Assembly: GCF_018350175.1 (NCBI RefSeq) | Contig: NC_058373.1 | Location: forward strand, 114,826,001-114,890,000 | Direction of reading: 5' to 3' | DNA: 64,000 nucleotides | DNA from: Felis catus | Taxonomy: Eukaryota | Shown here: piece after piece, positions 13,046-25,140 of the stretch | Position numbering within the stretch: the first letter of the stretch is position 1 | How the letters are laid out: the number at the start of each line of letters is the position of its first letter | Notes under the pieces: generated by a model | What the model saw: the letters and a program-made list of their open reading frames with translations, nothing else | Told to the model about the DNA's origin: nothing | Database searches by the model: none | Made by a program: the position numbers and the translations under genes

Positions 13046-13245
13046 GGGCTCAGAAACATGTCCCTGAGTCATCAGGAAGTGATAAATTACATTCAGTGTA
13101 CGGGCTTGGTACGTCAGCGGACCGTCAGTCAGTTCAGAACATTTTCCAGAAATATGATCAAATGTAATAGGAAGTGTTGATTCTTAAAGAGGTAAACCTA
13201 AGATACTCTTCGGCTGGAACGCTTTCTTTCTTTATAATGGTACTT

Positions 13246-13273
13246 GTGTGTGTGTGTGTCTGTGTGTGTGTGT
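13246..13273. repeat. (TG)n microsatellite, one interruption
   Basis: Seen directly. Confidence 0.9.
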
Positions 13274-15014
13274 CTTATGTGAGGGGGAATGGAGGGTGCT
13301 GGTGCCTGAAGAGATTTAAAAGACAAAAGATAATGGGGCCCTTGTTGAAATACTGGAGGGAAGCAGAGTGGGGGAGGGCTCTGTCTCCAGAGAGAGAGTT
13401 CTGTGTGGGAAGGAGAATTCCTCCATACGGTGGTCCCTGATCAATTCCCCTTTGTTGTTGCCCGGTTCATCGCGTCCTCCTCAGGTGCATTTGGGACTCT
13501 GGAAAGGAAGTCTCTGGCAATGCAGGAACTTGGAAGTCTTGTCCTTCTGTGCAAGCGGTTGTCCTTCTGCCCTCAGTCGGCAGGTTCCCCTTCTGTACAA
13601 CAGAGCCCCGAAGGCAGAAGCATCCAGGCCCTTCCCCCCGGGCACAGAGGTGGGAGGTGGGCAGCGGAGGCCTGGCAGGATCGAGGACCCTGCACAGCTT
13701 TTTTTCAGGCCGGCAGTGGATGAAAGGGGCTGCCTTCAGGAGCAAGATGGCTGTGCCGGGGCCTGCCTGAGACCGTGCCCACTGCTGTTCAGCTGGCTTG
13801 CCCGTGCCCCGGTGACGGGGACCACATGGCTTCGTGTGTCCCCGGAAAGCTGCCGCTGCTCTCTCTTTGTGGTTCAGGTCACACGCGCTCAATTCCAGAC
13901 CGCTGTCAGTCATGCCCTTTTAGATGCTGCTTTTCAGAGTTCACATTTTCATCCCTTTATCTTCTCACAGCAGCCCTGGCTTTTAGCTTCTTTCAGCCAA
14001 CTGTTGGGGAGTACTTCTGACATTTCAAGGCCTTTCATTTCATGGGGGTCTGGCCCCGGGAGGCCACAGCCAGAGGGGACCCATGTTGCCAAGAATGCAG
14101 TCAGTTTGGGGGCGGAGGTGGGGGGGGGTAGCTTCTGGCGTCTCACAAGTCTGTGACCAGATTCTTGGCTTCGAAGCCAAATCTTTCCCCCTCCATGTGA
14201 AATTCCTCACTGGGGGGTGGGACTGGAAGAGGCTGAGGGGAGTGGGGGAGGTGGGGGGGGCATTATCCCAGGGCTTGAGGTAGAAGAACCCTGCCTGAGG
14301 CTCCGGAGACAGAACGAGTGATCGGTTAGTGATGTCTGCAGTGGTGTGGGTGCCTTGGAGGAGTGAATTAATAGGAATGAGCCACAGCCCCCAGATAGTT
14401 CACCAACCCGAGGCGAGAGGGAGAAAGGGAATCAAGGGACGGAGAACACACACTGCATGGATCAGGGAAGGTGATGGGGGGCTTTCTGGAGGCATCAGCC
14501 AAAAGGCATTTGCCAGGTAGAGAGCAGAAGCTGCCCATGGTGATGTGTTATTATAGCCTTGGTGCCACCTTGTGGGGGCACGAAAATGGCAGGGGCCTTC
14601 TCCCAAAACATGGAGAGAAAATGTCTTGCCCCTGGGTGCTCCCCAATGTTGCCAACCCTTGTTTTTTTTTTGTTTTTTGGGTTTTTTGGGGGGTTTGTCT
14701 GCATAGCAGAGAATGAAGCATCACCCACTCAGCCCTTCCAGTCCAGCAGGGTCCCTGAACCATGCCTGGGTGGGCTGGCCCGAGAACTGCAAAGCACGGA
14801 GCCCAGGGAAGCTGAAGGCTGATTTGACCAAGTCGGGGGGCAAACCACGCAGAGAGGGTCAGAAAGGGCCTGGGCCTGGTCAGAGAGAGAAACTGGTTGT
14901 GAGGTGACAGTTCTGAAGAGCCGGGCCAACAGGTACCCTGAGCGTCATCACAGGGGCTCTGGTGGAGGATGGCACCTGCCCACGGGTAGGGAGAGCCCTG
15001 CAAGGTCCAGACGG

Positions 15015-15526
15015 GCGGTGACCGATACGTGGCCACCAGCCACACGTGCCACGAGCGCTTGAAGTGTGGCCAGTGCAACAGGAGGAGCTGGGCTTTTCGT
15101 TTAGTTTCAATTTAACTGATTGAAATTTAAAAGCAGACACTCACTGCAACTCTCGGTAAACTGTTGGGAGTGTTTAAAAGAACACTCTGTGTGTGGAATC
15201 TGCGTTTTCAACTGTAAGCTTTATGAAGTCTCAATACAAATCAGGTATTTCTGGTGAAAATTTCGTGTCTAAATTGAAGCGTGCTGTAAATGTAAAATGC
15301 ACACTGCATTTCAAAGACTTAGTACAAGAGAAAAACAATGAAAATATCTCACAAATATTTGAAAATATTGCCTGTGTTTTGAAATGGTAATACTTGGACG
15401 TATTGGGCTAAATAAAATACATTACTGAAATTAATTTTGCCTGTTTCTTTTTACTTTTTGAATGTGGCTACTAGAAATTTGGAAATTCCTTATGTGGCTT
15501 GCATTCCATTTCTTTGGGCTGTGCTG
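15015..15526. mobile_element. hAT-Charlie DNA transposon relic (Charlie1/MER3/MER33-like)
   Basis: gccaccagccacacgtg...gaagtgtggccagtg and tttcaaagacttagta...aatgtggctactagaaattt...atgtggcttgcatt resemble Charlie1-group ends. Confidence 0.7.
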
Positions 15527-16639
15527 GTCCTTATGTGTGTTCATGACCCCTCTCCAAAGGGCTACAAGGTTGTAGGCAGAAGGTTTATATAAAGTAAAGA
15601 ATATGGCTACATTCACAGTTTACCTTGACTTTGGGGTAAGTCCTCTCCAGTCCAGCTGGCGCTGAGGCGTTGGTTCCTAACGCACCATCATCTACGGGCA
15701 CGGGCACGGGACACCTCCCAGCGTGGGCCTTTGTCCTCACACCATCATTAAAACCAAGGTCAATGTTTTCTTGCAGCCTCCTCTCTTTTCAAAATCCCTT
15801 CTAAGCTCTCGCTGTGATGAAAATGGGTTTTGGGGTAGGAGGGGTAGGAGGGGCAGGAGCTGTGGATGCAGGGAGCCTTTTACTCCCTTGGAAAGTAGAG
15901 GGATTAGTTCTGGTCTGTTGCTTTTGGTGTTTCGTCTTTATCCTGTTAGAGCCAGAATGATAAATAGGTCTCAGCTCTACTGGCAGCCCAGAACCTGTGG
16001 AAGTGGCAGCCTGCAGCACTGTGGTGAGAAGGATTCCCAAGCTGTGTGCAGACTGAGCGGGAAAGAGGCGATCGATTAGCCACGTCTGTAAAGGGCACAG
16101 GCTGGGACTGTAGAACACGGGCTTGGTATAGAGTGATCCTGCCCTGATGAAGTTGTCTTCTTTGAGAATTCCACACCCCCCCCCCCCCACTTTCAAGACC
16201 TGATATGTTTTAAGAAGTTGGCCACTTTGAAGAAGCAGGGAGGAGGCTTGCGCTGTGTCAGGAGATGTACGGAGGGGAAGCTGGTCATCTCGGTGGAGCA
16301 GAACCCTAACCAAGGGGATGGGACAAGAGCTTTAAACCACTGTGCAAACGTTCAGTAGCACTTTTTCACTTACTCGGTAGAGCTGGGTCGGCTCTGGTCT
16401 GGGACCAGTCTACTGGCAGCAAAGAGACAGGGCTGTAAACCCAAGGAGCAGGGTAGAAACCTGGAGGGTCTGAGAGAAGAGAAGAGGGTTGGCACTTTTC
16501 CTTTTCCTCTCCATCTTCCCTCCCTTCACAGTGGCCTCTGTGAACTTTGGAACCTTTCCTGCTTCTTGGTGCCACATTCCTGGTTGTGGCTTTGCTCAGG
16601 ACGCAGCTGGAGAGAGGCCAGGGGCATAGCCACTGGAGC

Positions 16640-16830
16640 CAGAGTGTCAGCGTTCATGTTCCAGCTCTGCCCCTTACTAGCAAGTTATTGAAACATGCCG
16701 TGCCTCAGTTTTCTCATATGTAAAATGGAGCCATTCATATGGCTGCTTGCTCTGAAGGTTAAATGAGTGAATCCCCATAAAGTGTGTAGAATCATGCCTT
16801 GCACATAGTAAGTGCTATACGAGTGTTAGT
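16640..16830 (+). mobile_element. MIR
   Basis: tgcctcagttttctcatatgtaaaatgg...atgccttgcacatagtaagtgct. Confidence 0.75.
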
Positions 16831-16879
16831 ACACGAGTTAGTAATGACACTGTAAGTTCTCATCATTTGTTCATTTGTA

Positions 16880-17250
16880 TGTTACTAATTAATGCTGCAT
16901 ATCAAATCACCCTAAAACCTATTGGCCGAAAACAACAATAATCGTTTGTTCTCTCCCGTTGTTTCTGTGGGTCAGGTATGTGGAAGTGGCCTGGCTCGGG
17001 GTTTCTCGGTGAGGTTGTAACCAGATGTCAGCCACTGTCATCCAGGGGAGCGAGGGTGGCTCTCTCCCGTGGCTGGCCGGCTGGTGCTGGCCGTGGGCAG
17101 GAGGCCTTGGTTCTTCTCCGTATGGGGGTCTCCCCATGTCTGCTTGAGTGTTTTCACGGTATGGTGGCTGGCTCCCCCTGTGGCAAGCAATCCAGGAGAC
17201 CAAGGTGGATATGGCAGAGACTTCCTGACCTCACCTGGGAAGTCACACAA
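16880..17250 (-). mobile_element. MaLR LTR (MLT1-like)
   Basis: aaatcaccctaaaac...aaacaacaataatc...tttctgtgggtcagg...catgtctgcttgagtg...ggaagtcacaca. Confidence 0.65.
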
Positions 17251-18030
17251 GCAAAGAAGTGATGTGGTCTGACTTACATTTTGAGAGACCGCTGTGGCTG
17301 CTGGTTTGAGAAGAGACAGGAGTTCTGAACGGGAGGCTTCGGCAAGGGCGGAAGCACTTTTGACCGCCTGGCATGTGCCAGAAACCTGCCAGGTGGGTTT
17401 CATATACTTTTCCCTTCATCCGTCACAGCAGGCTGGTGGCCCGAGTGTTACAACCCCCCTTTTACAGGTAGGGAACCTGACTCAGAGAGGGCAGGTTATC
17501 TGCCAACAGAGCCAGGATTCACCCAGGGTTGCCTGGCACCAAAGCCTGGGGAGACGCACAACCTCTCGGGACGCCCACCTCACGACGGGACGGCTTACGA
17601 GGGAAAACAGACTTTGTGAGGTATCTTAATTCCTGTATTTCTCGAAGTCAGGATGGGGAACCCGAGAAAGCCAAGAAACATTCACAGGTCAGACAAGGGA
17701 GAGGAGCAGGGCCCTCTCAGCACCTGCCAGCACTGGGGGGAAGATCAAAGGGCTGGGGCAAGGTTTGGAGGATTGGCTGGACCAAAAGGTATGGGCTGGG
17801 GAGATTCCCTGCACTTGGCTCAGGATCTCCAAATTAACAGAACTTCTGAGGTCAAGGGAAGCCTTCGTGTTACCTGAGCCCTAGAGAGTTCCATGCGGAG
17901 GGATCAGGCCCACCCACCTGGAATGGAGTACCTGGGAGTAGTAGAATAAATGAACTAGATCAATGTGTATCTGCACAAACGGTGTTTAAAACCATGATGT
18001 TAGAGGGGGATCGCAGAGGATTCTGTAGGA

Positions 18031-18226
18031 TGCAGTTGTGCAAATTCGAAGAATATAGTCGTGTCTATTGTTCCTGGATGTATGTGTGTATGTGTGCGTG
18101 TGTATCTCAAAGTGTAACAACCATAGGCACAATTTGCAGTTGTGCAAATTCGAAGAATATAGTCGTGTCTATTGTTCCTGGATGTATGTGTGTATGTGTG
18201 CGTGTGTATCTCAAAGTGTAACAACC
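18031..18226. repeat. Perfect 92-bp direct duplication with 12-nt spacer
   Basis: 18031-18122 is identical to 18135-18226; spacer ATAGGCACAATT. Confidence 0.95.
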
Positions 18227-18562
18227 GACCAAAGAGGATACACAGCACACTTAGAGCAGTGAGCGTTCCTGGAGAGAGACGGAGGAGGGGACCAACAGGG
18301 AGTTTGACTTTATTGGCAACATTTTATTTCGGTTGTTTTTTGAAAAGAGAGGCTTGCAGCCAATCTGACAAAATGTTAACAAGTTGTTAATTCTGGTAGC
18401 AGGGCAGGTGATTCCTAGTCTTTGTACTTTCTGGAATTGAAAAAAAAAAAAAAAAAAAAAACACCAAACAAACCTTGAATCTAAAAACATTTTAAAAGGA
18501 AAGGAAAGAAACAGCTGGTCCCCCAAAGTCGATGAGTCTCAGCTGCATGAAGAAGGAGAGGA

Positions 18563-18645
18563 GGGCTGCCTGGGTGGCTCAGCCCTCCCACACGTGCTCG
18601 CTCTCTCTCTCTCTCTCTCTCTCTCAAAATAAATAAATAAACATT
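18563..18645 (+). mobile_element. CAN-SINE with large internal deletion
   Basis: Head gggctgcctgggtggctcag is joined directly to the (CT)n/AATAAA tail. Confidence 0.75.
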
Positions 18646-18660
18646 TATTTATTTAAAAAA

Positions 18661-18872
18661 ATTTTTTTTAATGTCTATTTATTTTTGAGACAGAGAGAGA
18701 CAGAGCATGAACGGGGGAGGGTCAGAGAGAGAGGGAGACACAGAATCGGAAGCAGGCCCCAGGCTCTGAGCTGTCAGCACAGAGCCTGACGTGGGGCTCG
18801 AACTCACGGACCATAAGATCATGACCTGAGCCGAAGTCAGACGTTTAACCGACTGAGCCACGCAGGCACCCC
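18661..18872 (-). mobile_element. CAN-SINE
   Basis: Full-length antisense copy inside the tail of the previous element. Confidence 0.95.
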
Positions 18873-19516
18873 AATAAACATTTTTTTAAAAAGATGGAGG
18901 AGGGTAGTGGAAGACTGAAGGCAAGATTCCTGCCCCCGCCCCCAGGCCCCCAGAAAGCCTGTCACCCATGCAGCGCTGTTTTCACTTGCCTGGAGGACAG
19001 CAAAGTGATTCTCAATCCTCTGTGCTCAGGCGTGTCTTCTGTACCTGAAGATCAGCCGAGGAGGGGCTGGCAGTGAAGGCGGCGGTGGTGGAGACAGCAC
19101 GTTCTCCAACAAAGCCCGAGTGTTGAGGGTGCAAGGGCCGGAGGAAAAGAAGGGTCAGGTGCCGGGAGCCCAGGCCAGGAGGACTGAGAGCCAGAGCCTG
19201 GAAGTTCCATCTGTGAAAGGACGTGACTAGTAAAATGGGTGTCTCTCACCCTCTGTCAGGGGTGAAGGGATTGGAAAAGTCTTTTGATAGAAAGGTATGA
19301 GACCAAAGGTATGAGGTTTTTCTTCATTATTCTTTTATCTCCCTTTAGACATAGTACATGGTTAATATACAAAAGACAGGAAATTGAAAAGGAGGTGAAA
19401 ATCACCCCAAATCGTACCATTATTAACATCTTGATGAATAATCAATTCAGATCTTTTTTGGTGGATTTTTGAAAATAAAATCATGCATTTTATGCTGTTT
19501 TGTAACTGGTTCTTTT

Positions 19517-19730
19517 TTTTTTTTTAATGTTTATTTATTTTTGAGAGAGACAGAGACAGAATGTGAGTGGGTTAGGGGCAGAGAGAGAGAGGGAGACACA
19601 GAATCCGAAGCAGGCTCCAGGCTCCAAGCTGTTGGCACAGAGCCCAACGCGGGGCTCGAACTCATGAGCTGTGACATCATGACCTGAGCCGAAGTCAGAC
19701 GCTCCACCGACTGAGCCACCCAGGTGCCCC
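19517..19730 (-). mobile_element. CAN-SINE
   Basis: Full-length; TSD TGTAACTGGTTCTTTT at 19501-19516 and 19731-19746. Confidence 0.95.
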
Positions 19731-19879
19731 TGTAACTGGTTCTTTTAACACTGTATCATGAACACCTTTCCATGTCATCGTCTTCCAAATATTTTTTAAT
19801 GGCTGCCTAGATTTTCAATGGGTGAATATTCCATAGATTATATATACCATCACAGTTCATGGACTCTGAAGATTAGATT

Positions 19880-19958
19880 GCATAGGATAATATGAAATTG
19901 GGTTGTTTTTGGGTCAAAAATGGTCACTATTGGAAGTTTCATAGCATTCAACTAAATA
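19880..19958. mobile_element. MADE2-like mariner MITE
   Basis: About 80-bp degenerate palindrome: atatgaaatt...ggtcaaaaatggtc...tttcatagcattcaactaa. Confidence 0.6.
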
Positions 19959-19974
19959 TGTTTTCCAGTTTTCC

Positions 19975-20182
19975 TTTTTTTTTTTTTAACGTTTATTTTT
20001 GAGACAGAGAAAGAGCATGAACGGGGGAGGGGCAGAGAGAGAGGGAGACACAGAATCGGAAGCAGGCTCCAGGCTCTGAGCCATCAGCCCAGAGCCCGAC
20101 GCGGGGCTCGAACTCACGGACCGCGAGATCGTGACCTGAGCTGAAGTCGGACGCTCAACCGACTGAGCCACCCAGGCTCCCC
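19975..20182 (-). mobile_element. CAN-SINE (young, CpG-rich felid subfamily)
   Basis: Near-consensus body; flanking CCAGTTTT repeats. Confidence 0.95.
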
Positions 20183-20327
20183 CAGTTTTTCATTTACATA
20201 AACAACACAACAATGAACCCTTTGTAGGTGCACCTTTACACATAGCCTTGATTAATTCCTTAGATAAATCCTGGCAATGGAATTGTTGAACACAGTATCA
20301 AAAATTCCAATAAAGACAGAATCGGAT

Positions 20328-20665
20328 AGGGCTGGGATTAGGGAGAGGTGAGTGGAGTGAGTGGTGTAAGTCAGGGCCAGATCTGTCTGTATCTCAGATG
20401 TTAGTTTCTGTTCATTCTGGATACTTTGCATTAATTATGATTTTTCAGAATATGTCTTTAAAATATCTATTTGGGGGCACCTGACTGGCTCAGTCAGTAC
20501 AGCCTGCAGCTCTCGATCTTGGGATTGTGAGTTCACGCCCCACACGGGGTGTAGACATTACTTAAAAAAAAAAAAATCTGTCTCGATTCCTGAGTTTGTT
20601 TGGTGCCCCCTTACATTTTGCACCCAACATGAGTGCCTCAGTCGTTCCCCCTGCTCCTGACCCAG
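20328..20665. mobile_element. MER96B-like hAT element, interrupted by a short SINE
   Basis: Ends agggctgggattagggagaggtgagt and ttacattttgcacccaacatgagtgcctcagtcg...cctgaccc. Confidence 0.55.
20473..20575 (+). mobile_element. Short tRNA-derived carnivore SINE (no CT tract)
   Basis: gggggcacctgactggctcagtcagt...gtgagttcacgcccca...ttacttaaaaaaa. Confidence 0.8.
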
Positions 20666-21339
20666 GATAGCACTAGTGTTTCCCTCAAGGAATTGTCATG
20701 GTGAGTGAGGCCTGTGAACCACTCAGAACGGCGTCCAGAATAAGTGTGCTCAATAAGTATTATGTTTATCTCCTCTCAGAAAACATTTGTCGTCCAGCAC
20801 GTGACAGGTGCTAAGCTAACAGCTGGGATGCCAGGGTGAGTAAGACCCGGTCCCTGTGCTCGAGCTGCTTGGGCGTGTCAGGGAGCCCGCCAGTGTCGGG
20901 GAAGGTGGAGGGTGCCGTCGCAGGGCACGTCCTTCCTGGGTACAGTGAAGTCTTTGCCTTGTGCACTGGAGGGATGATAATGTGGCCTGAAGTCGTTAAC
21001 ACGAGCACATGCTGGTCGCACAGGAAGCAAAAGGGACATCAGGCAGGAGGTGTGGCCTGAGCCAAGATGCAGCGTGGGAGGCCCAGCTCCAAGTCTTTCT
21101 GTTAGTATGGGAGGAGGACTGGGCCAAGGACGGGTGGCAGCTGGGGATCCTGCTGGGCCAAGAACGGGTGGCAACGGGGGAGATGCAGGGATCCTGCCCT
21201 GAACCCCGTGTCCGCTTGTTCCCAAGCCACGCTGACTGCAGGAAGGCCAGCCTGCGACAGTCCGTTCACACTTCCAGGGGTGCTACCTTCCTGTGTAACG
21301 TCAGTCGTGACGTTGATGCCTAATGTTGATTTCTTCTTG

Positions 21340-22130
21340 TTGTCTTATTTTTAATCATGGCAAAATATACATAACACGAATTTTACCGCATTAACTATTT
21401 TTTTACTGATGCTTTTTTTTTTAAGTTTATGTATTTTGAGAGAGTGTGAGAGTGCATGAGCATTGGGAGGGGCAGAAAGAGAGGAAGAGAGAGAATCCCA
21501 AGCAGGCTCTGCACTGTCCAACTCAGAGCCCGACACGGGGCTCGATCCCACGAACCCTGAGATCGTGACCTGAGCCGAAATCAAGAGTGGGATGCTCAAC
21601 CAACTGAGCTACCGAGGCACCCCTTTATTAACTATCTTAATGGTACACAGTGTCATTAAGTGACATTAACCCTCACACTGTTGTGCAGCTTACCCCCACC
21701 ATCCATCTCCAGAACTTTTTCGTCCCCACCATTCTACTTCCTGTCTCTCTGAATGTATCTATTCTAGGTGCCTCACAGAAGTGGGATCAGACAGCACTTG
21801 TCTTTTTGTGACTGGCTTGCTTCGCTTAGCTTGATGGCCTCAAGGTTCATCCGTGTGGTAGCAGGTGTCAGAATTCCCTCCCCTTTTGAGGCTAGATAAT
21901 AGTCCATTGTATGCCTAGACCACATTGTGTTTATCAGTTCATTCATGGACGGACGCTTGGGTTGCTTCCAACGTTTAGTTATTGTGAACAATGCAGCTAT
22001 GAACACGGGTGTACAAATATCTGTTTGAGACCCTGCTTTCAATTCTTTTGGGTATATTCCCTGAAGTAGAATTGCTGGGCCATAGGGTCATTCCATTTTT
22101 AATATTTTGAGGAACCACCATACTGTTTTC
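21340..22130 (-). mobile_element. Old L1 3' portion (ORF2 C-terminus and 3' UTR), interrupted by a SINE
   Basis: ORF 21773-22042(-) reads DICTPVFIAALFTITKRWKQPK...TTRMNLEAIKLSEASQSQKDK, a degenerate L1 ORF2 C-terminus. Confidence 0.85.
21413..21623 (-). mobile_element. CAN-SINE
   Basis: Antisense body, flanked by ATTAACTAT. Confidence 0.9.
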
Positions 22131-22139
22131 CTAGTCTTA

Positions 22140-22345
22140 TTATTTTTATTTTTTTAATTAATTTTTTTAAATGTTTATTTACTTATTTTTGAGAGAGCGT
22201 GAGTGGGGGAGGGGCAGAGAGACAGGGAGACACAGAATCCCAAGCAGGCTCCGGGCTCCAAGCTGTCAGCACGGAGCCCACTATGGGGCTTGAACCCGTG
22301 ACCCGTGAGGTCATGACCTGAGCCCAAGTTGGAGGCTTAACCGAG
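22140..22345 (-). mobile_element. CAN-SINE with a degenerate head
   Basis: T-rich tail, gagggagacacagaatcc-type body. Confidence 0.9.
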
Positions 22346-22792
22346 GCACCTGGGCCAGTGCCTGCCCCTAGTGAACCCTGGTTGCCTGGATGAGGCTCCT
22401 GGAGGTTGAGTAACTTGCCCAACATCCCACAGCTGGAGGGGAGGTGAGGGGAGGTAGAACACATTCGAACCCAGGCGCCAATCCCAGGGGCCAAAGACTT
22501 GATCTCTGGGCTGTACGTGCTCTCTGAGATGGCCTGGCTCCCATCAGTCCTGGGAGAAGCCTCACCATCCCTACCCTTCCCTTCCCTCCTCTTGGGGTAG
22601 AAGCTGAGGATACGGCCCTTCGGGAGCCCCACCCCACCCCCCAGCTTCACAACAATCGGTTGCAAAAGTTGCCAGTGACAGTCATGACTCTTAAGAAAAG
22701 AAAGGGGCAGACAGATCCAATTCCGGTCACCCAAGTTCAGGAGGAAATACCAGCTTGGGCAGCTCATGACAAATAAAAAACTGGGAGTGTTA

Positions 22793-22975
22793 GGGGCGCC
22801 TGGGTGGCTCCGTCAGTTAAGCGTCCAACTCTTGATCTCAGCTCGCTCAGGTCATGATCTTATGACAGTTCTCTCTCTCCGTGTCCCTCTGCCCCTCCCC
22901 TGTGCATCTCTCTCTCTCTCTCTCTCAAAAAATAAAAAAATCAAAAGTAAATAAATAGACATTAAAAAACAAAAC
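22793..22975 (+). mobile_element. CAN-SINE with internal deletion
   Basis: TSD AAAACTGGGAGTGTT at 22777-22791 and 22976-22990. Confidence 0.9.
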
Positions 22976-24984
22976 AAAACTGGGAGTGTTCGCCACAGGC
23001 CAACCCTACTCCCTGAGTGCGGGGACAGCTGCTGCTGTGTCTCAGCCCAGCTGTGCTCTAGATTGCTTTTCTTTAGCTGTTCCTTGCACGCCAGGGGACA
23101 GGGTCATCATTTGTACCTGACCTCTGCAGTGTCTGCTCCACGGTGAGCACTCAGGGACTCTGTGATGATTGAGCCTCCAGGGCCTGGAAGACCTTGGATT
23201 TAACTCTGTGAGCCACGGTCTGTTGACATCTCCATTTGACAGATGAAGAAACTGAGGCTCTGAGAGTGAGTGACTTATTGATGTTTTCAGCCAAACAGTC
23301 ACAGTGCTGGGATAAGAAGCAGGCGCTGGGCTCATCTAAGGAGAGGGAAATCCGGAAATCCGTTTCAGGTCCAGACCTGGTCAGGTTTTTGAGGCTGCCC
23401 TGAGGGCACCCGCTTGGCTCCCTGGAGTGGGAGGGAGGAGATGTGTGAGAGGAAACGGGGCAGTTCCAAAGCCAGTGGACCCCAGCACCCCCCGGCTTGT
23501 CTGCCCTCCCAGTTTTTCAACCTTTTGTGAGCTCTGGCGGTGGAAATCCCTCTCCTTTGTTGCCAGCCAACGGGGCTGTGTGGTCATGACAGCAACCCAG
23601 CCCTCCATCCCCCTGGGCCGCACGTGCTCATGGGACCTGGCAGAGACGTGGCTTGCTTAGGAACACTGACATCACTCTCTCTTCTCCCAGGACACTGGCC
23701 TGTGGCGTTCGCGACACCTGGTGTTTTTCATGCCTGAGGACCCACATAGTCTCCCTTCACTCCAGATACAGTCCTCTGCCCAGGCGTGGGGGTCCTGGGT
23801 AGGAGCTGAGCCTGTCCAAACCCCACACCACTATGATGGTCATTGGAAAAACGATATTCATTCTGAAATTACTTCCCGCCGGTGACTGCTTGCATACAAC
23901 GAGCACTTCAAAGACCAAGTGTTTGGACTGTAACTTTTCATAAGTTAGGTGTTGGGATTTGCCCCAAAGGACCTCTGAGAGGTGTCAGAATTGACAAAGA
24001 TCTGCCCTAGCCGATTTGTTTTTTCTTCACATGTAGACAGCTAAGCTGCAGGGTGAGGTTTTATACCCTCTAGAGGGCCTTGGAACCCCAGACCGCCCTT
24101 GTCCTCTAGAGATGAATTCTGCGAGGTTCCCTTGCACCCGGCCTGCTGTGCATCGGAGCACATGATCGGGCCAGGTTCGAGATCCCCACTTTACTGGTCT
24201 CTTTGGTTCCCTCTGTTCGCTGTGCCCCAGCCACACTGCCCTCCTGTCTTTCCGTGGGCGCATCAAGCTGTCCTGCCCCAGGCCCGCAGGCTGTCCCTCT
24301 GTCCGGGCCCCCCTCCCCCCCCCCCCCCCCCCGCTCCCAAGCTGACCACGGCCGGCTCCTCTCTCCAGCCCTCTCCAGCCCTTGACCTTGTGTCATTGCC
24401 TTCCACACAGTTGCCAATCCTGGAGATGACCTTGCTCTTTGCTGTTCTCCATCTCACCTCCTCCCCTGGCCCGTGCAGCCCATGAGAGGAGGGACGATGT
24501 GGGGTGCACCTCCCTACACTAGATGGCTGTCAGTATGTATAGTTACCACGGGACAAGTGACCCGACCTCTCGAGCCTCTGTGTCTTCGTCTGTGCAGTGG
24601 GCATCACTAGTCCTGCAAGCCACATTAAAAGAGCCCTACCATACACATGGCTTGTGGCACAGAGTAGTCACATCACCAATGATGGATCACTAATGTCATT
24701 CCTCCGGGGCTCCTGGAGAGCCAAGAATACGTCTGCCTTGTTGTGCCGGTGACTGGCACCTAATGGATAGGCAGCAAATGTTGACGGACTTGGAGGGAAG
24801 CTGACCATTTTGGGGATGGCTGCTGTTTCTTTGCTCACGACATGGCCCTTGTGGGTTGCCAGGACGTCAGCGTGTTTGCTAGGTTCACACTTGGCCTCAG
24901 GCAGGTGAGGAACTCGACGTAATATGCCAGGAAGCTTTTCCAGGGGAGGAAAGATAGGGTGATGGGAATCACAGGAGCTAAGAC

Positions 24985-25140
24985 CACGGACTCTGCCAGG
25001 ATTCAAATCTAGCTCCACTGCTTACAAGCTGTGTGATCTTGGGCAAGTTACTTAACCTGTCTGAGCCTCAGTACCTGCCTCACAGGGTGGTTATGAGGAT
25101 TTGATTACTCACTGTGAGTGTTCTCTTAGAATGCCACCTT
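24985..25140 (+). mobile_element. MIR
   Basis: ggattcaaatctagctccactgcttacaagctgtgtgatcttgggcaagttacttaacctgtctgagcctcag. Confidence 0.8.

Noticed and set aside
13368..14156. 262-aa plus-strand ORF
   Set aside because: No similarity to GALNT or any protein I recognise; non-ATG start; no convincing exon boundaries.
18031..18226. Repeat-spacer-repeat layout superficially like a CRISPR array
   Set aside because: Only two 92-bp units, mammalian DNA, no cas genes.
20473..20575. tRNA-like sequence with A/B-box remnants (also at 35215)
   Set aside because: Degenerate, A-tailed and inserted within other repeats; a tRNA-derived SINE, not a tRNA gene.
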